Shown here: one piece after another, positions 55,819 through 57,978 of the stretch | Position numbering within the stretch: position 1 is the first letter of the stretch | How the letters are laid out: the number at the start of each line of letters is the position of its first letter | IMG/VR virus record: IMGVR_UViG_3300025832_000009 | Coordinates: 1 to 57,978 of that record | Source of the DNA: a virus | Lineage: Duplodnaviria; Caudoviricetes | Strand: one strand, 5' to 3' | DNA: 57,978 nt | Notes under the pieces: generated by a model | What the model was told of the DNA's origin: nothing | The model's input: the letters and a program-made list of their open reading frames with translations, nothing else | Databases searched by the model: none | Position numbers and translations under genes: made by a program

Positions 55819-57978
55819 GTTGTTAGTTTTATTAGTTCCGCATCCGATAGTGCTTTTGTGTAAACTTGTAGGTCTTTTGTGTTTCCAAAGAAAGGGAAGG
55901 TACCGTTTCCACTATTAAAATCTATGTTATTAATTGTATTTGCTGCAAGTACATTTCCAGAATTATCAACCCCAACTTCCACTCCATCAACCCATAATGC
56001 AAAATCATTTAGAGAGTACTTAAAAGCAATTTTATGAGAATTTGTTATGGTTGTTGCAAAGGCAATGCTGCATTGTGCTACACCACCAATTTGATACCTT
56101 GCAACAATTACCCCACTTGCCTCATACCTTAAAACAACAGCATCTAATGAAGTTCCGCCGTTTAGTGTTATAAATCTTCTTGCATTATCTACTTCAACCA
56201 AAGCTGCTATCTCTGCATACAATACCCCTTCCTCACTGTTTATCTCTGGTGTTGCGTTTATACAAGTTTCTTGGTTACGTGTAACTGTAGTTCCCGATGT
56301 TGGGATATACGATGTTGCGTAGGATTGTTGTTCAAGCATTGCACCCCAAATGTAAACGCCTTTTGTAATATCTCCCGTTGTTGAATTGGCTGCACCATCG
56401 CTTGTGAGCAATTCAACAAAGTTGCCTCCCGCTAAAGTTGATGCACCAGTAACGATACAACGATACCAGCCATTGCCGAAATCTTCAATGTCTGCCGTTC
56501 CTAAAACCGCATTTGCCGTTCCAGCAGTCAAATTAAACCAAGCCCTTCCGCCCCATTTATTTGAATTTTGAGTATCAACATACAAGTCTCTTCCGTTTGA
56601 TTTCGCAAAAATACTAAAGGTATAATCGCTTGAGCCGTCAAATGTTACTGATGTAATTAACTTGTGTTGACCCGTTGTAGCCGCCTCTAAAAAAGATGTT
56701 GCGTTTGTTAGCCCTTCGGGACTTGTTGTGGCGTTTGCTTCATCCGTTGAATTGCTATTGGAATAGCCTCCAAAATCCTCTGAATAAGTTATTAAATTCG
56801 TACTCTGCGGTTCTAGTAAAAATGCCTCTGCTCCCGTTGAGTAATCTAATCTGGGAGTGTTAGTTGCAGTTATGTATTCTTTTACAGATACGCTGTCTAT
56901 TGAGCCAGTTGAACCAGAAAGACCTAAGGGTGTTACTTGGTAGCTTGAAGATGTAACTGTTCTGTAAAAAACATTTTCCCCTACATTTAAACCATAAGCA
57001 ATAACACCATTATTATCATATAATCTAAAACCCGATGATTTAGAAATAACATTTACTACAACTTTATAAGTTTTTCCCGGTGTTACGGACATAGCAGTTG
57101 AGCCAAGACCAGAACTACCACCATACCTTACATCAAGTGTAGCAATACCGCCACTAATAGACCAACCCGGGCCTTTTAACCAATCAGTATCGCTACTGAA
57201 ATTTCCATTAGTAACCAACTCTGGTCCTAGTTCATTAGTACTTTGTATTAACCCTTGAGCATCTACGTATGTAGCCTCCGAGCCTCTAGCAAATGTGAAA
57301 TCAGTTGCTATCGTATCAAAGTCTAAAGCAAACGTTGGATCAGTTGGTGTTGGGTATGTAAGGTCAGCAAGTTCTTGGTCGCTTAAAGCCTCTTTCCAAA
57401 CTGCAAGTGCTTTTGTTTTGCCGTAGAAAGCTCCCGCTGTTGTATTTATTTCACTAAAAGATAATTTTGTAATTGTATCGGCAGACCATACCGAGCCACT
57501 TGTATCGGTTGAAACAAGAACACCATTAAGATATATTTTAAAATTATTTTCTTTATAACTAAAGGCTATTTTATTAAAGTCTGTTACATCGCTAACTGCA
57601 TTACTTACATCTATTTGTGATACTCCTCCAACCCTTAAAAATGTTCTTATATTATTTGTGCTACCATTAGAAAATAAAATTGATGCTCTATTGTTATATG
57701 TTCCATCACTTATGGTAATATATTGAGATACATTTGCAGTTTGATTTAAAGCCGCTATCTCTGCATATAAAACACCCTCTGTGCTATTTATACTTGCTAA
57801 ACTACCGCCATTGTTGCATACGTCTTGGTTACGTGTTACTGTTGTTCCCGATGTGGGTATGTAACTAGTACCCGTTCCAAGTTCAACTTGTGCGCCAAAT
57901 ATGTAAACACCAGATGTTCCATCCCCTGTATATGAAAAACTATCTGCATCATTTATAAGATAAACTGAGCAACGATTA
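55815..57978 (-). CDS. Head-spike fibre with LamG-like repeats, C-terminal part (5'-truncated)
   Basis: Frame checked open from 57977; PRLDY..LLEPQSTNL and two copies of TSYIPTSGTTVTRNQ...EGVLYAEIAA. Confidence 0.8.
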   Translation of the reverse strand, partial: NRCSVYLINDADSFSYTGDGTSGVYIFGAQVELGTGTSYIPTSGTTVTRNQDVCNNGGSLASINSTEGVLYAEIAALNQTANVSQYITISDGTYNNRASILFSNGSTNNIRTFLRVGGVSQIDVSNAVSDVTDFNKIAFSYKENNFKIYLNGVLVSTDTSGSVWSADTITKLSFSEINTTAGAFYGKTKALAVWKEALSDQELADLTYPTPTDPTFALDFDTIATDFTFARGSEATYVDAQGLIQSTNELGPELVTNGNFSSDTDWLKGPGWSISGGIATLDVRYGGSSGLGSTAMSVTPGKTYKVVVNVISKSSGFRLYDNNGVIAYGLNVGENVFYRTVTSSSYQVTPLGLSGSTGSIDSVSVKEYITATNTPRLDYSTGAEAFLLEPQSTNLITYSEDFGGYSNSNSTDEANATTSPEGLTNATSFLEAATTGQHKLITSVTFDGSSDYTFSIFAKSNGRDLYVDTQNSNKWGGRAWFNLTAGTANAVLGTADIEDFGNGWYRCIVTGASTLAGGNFVELLTSDGAANSTTGDITKGVYIWGAMLEQQSYATSYIPTSGTTVTRNQETCINATPEINSEEGVLYAEIAALVEVDNARRFITLNGGTSLDAVVLRYEASGVIVARYQIGGVAQCSIAFATTITNSHKIAFKYSLNDFALWVDGVEVGVDNSGNVLAANTINNIDFNSGNGTFPFFGNTKDLQVYTKALSDAELIKLTT

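Noticed and set aside
337-56571. Many antisense ORFs in the track (e.g. 337-660, 3881-4249, 28741-29091, 54453-54851)
   Set aside because: Shadow frames opposite well-supported genes, with F/S/L-rich composition
57900-57978. Window end joins base 1 in frame, suggesting a closed circle
   Set aside because: A one-in-three coincidence; comparison with the second fibre repeat indicates about 260 codons are missing, and no terminal overlap is visible
1-57978. Prophage, DGR, retron or alternative genetic code
   Set aside because: No integrase or reverse transcriptase seen; long genes are intact in the standard code and end in TAA, TAG or TGA

Overview
Nearly complete (~58 kb) genome of a lytic, podovirus-like tailed dsDNA phage. 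The host is most likely a Bacteroidota (Flavobacteriia) bacterium, inferred from many TAnnTTTG -7 promoter boxes and A-rich leaders without Shine-Dalgarno sites. The contig is broken inside a repetitive head-spike fibre gene that runs off both ends. The plus-strand arm (6000-24900) holds small early genes, a C5 DNA methyltransferase with a Gp88-like protein, a Sak3/exonuclease/SSB recombination module, a primase-helicase, an SNF2-like helicase, nucleases and two stand-alone DnaA domain IV proteins. The minus-strand arm (57978-24927, continuing 5432-1) holds fibres, lysis genes, a tandem-GroES-like protein, terminase, portal, scaffold, capsid, tail and three ejection proteins, then GroEL/GroES, a cluster of very basic small proteins and an RcGTA-like head-spike base. 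No DNA polymerase, RNA polymerase, integrase, tRNA or CRISPR array was recognised. The most unusual signals are non-coding or overlapping: (1) a 28-nt-periodic three-way-junction element with a compensatory base change, just before the packaging operon; (2) a dispersed 14-16 bp DnaA-box-like motif (6 copies, some inside genes); (3) an overprinted MPFQSQAQ gene whose start is duplicated as a direct repeat around a 675-bp insert in the 2500-aa protein; (4) a duplicated origin-like element; (5) a gene-32-like pseudoknot before ssb; (6) an attC-like cassette; (7) two candidate structured RNAs in the early region. All family assignments are by eye from motifs; no database search or folding program was run.
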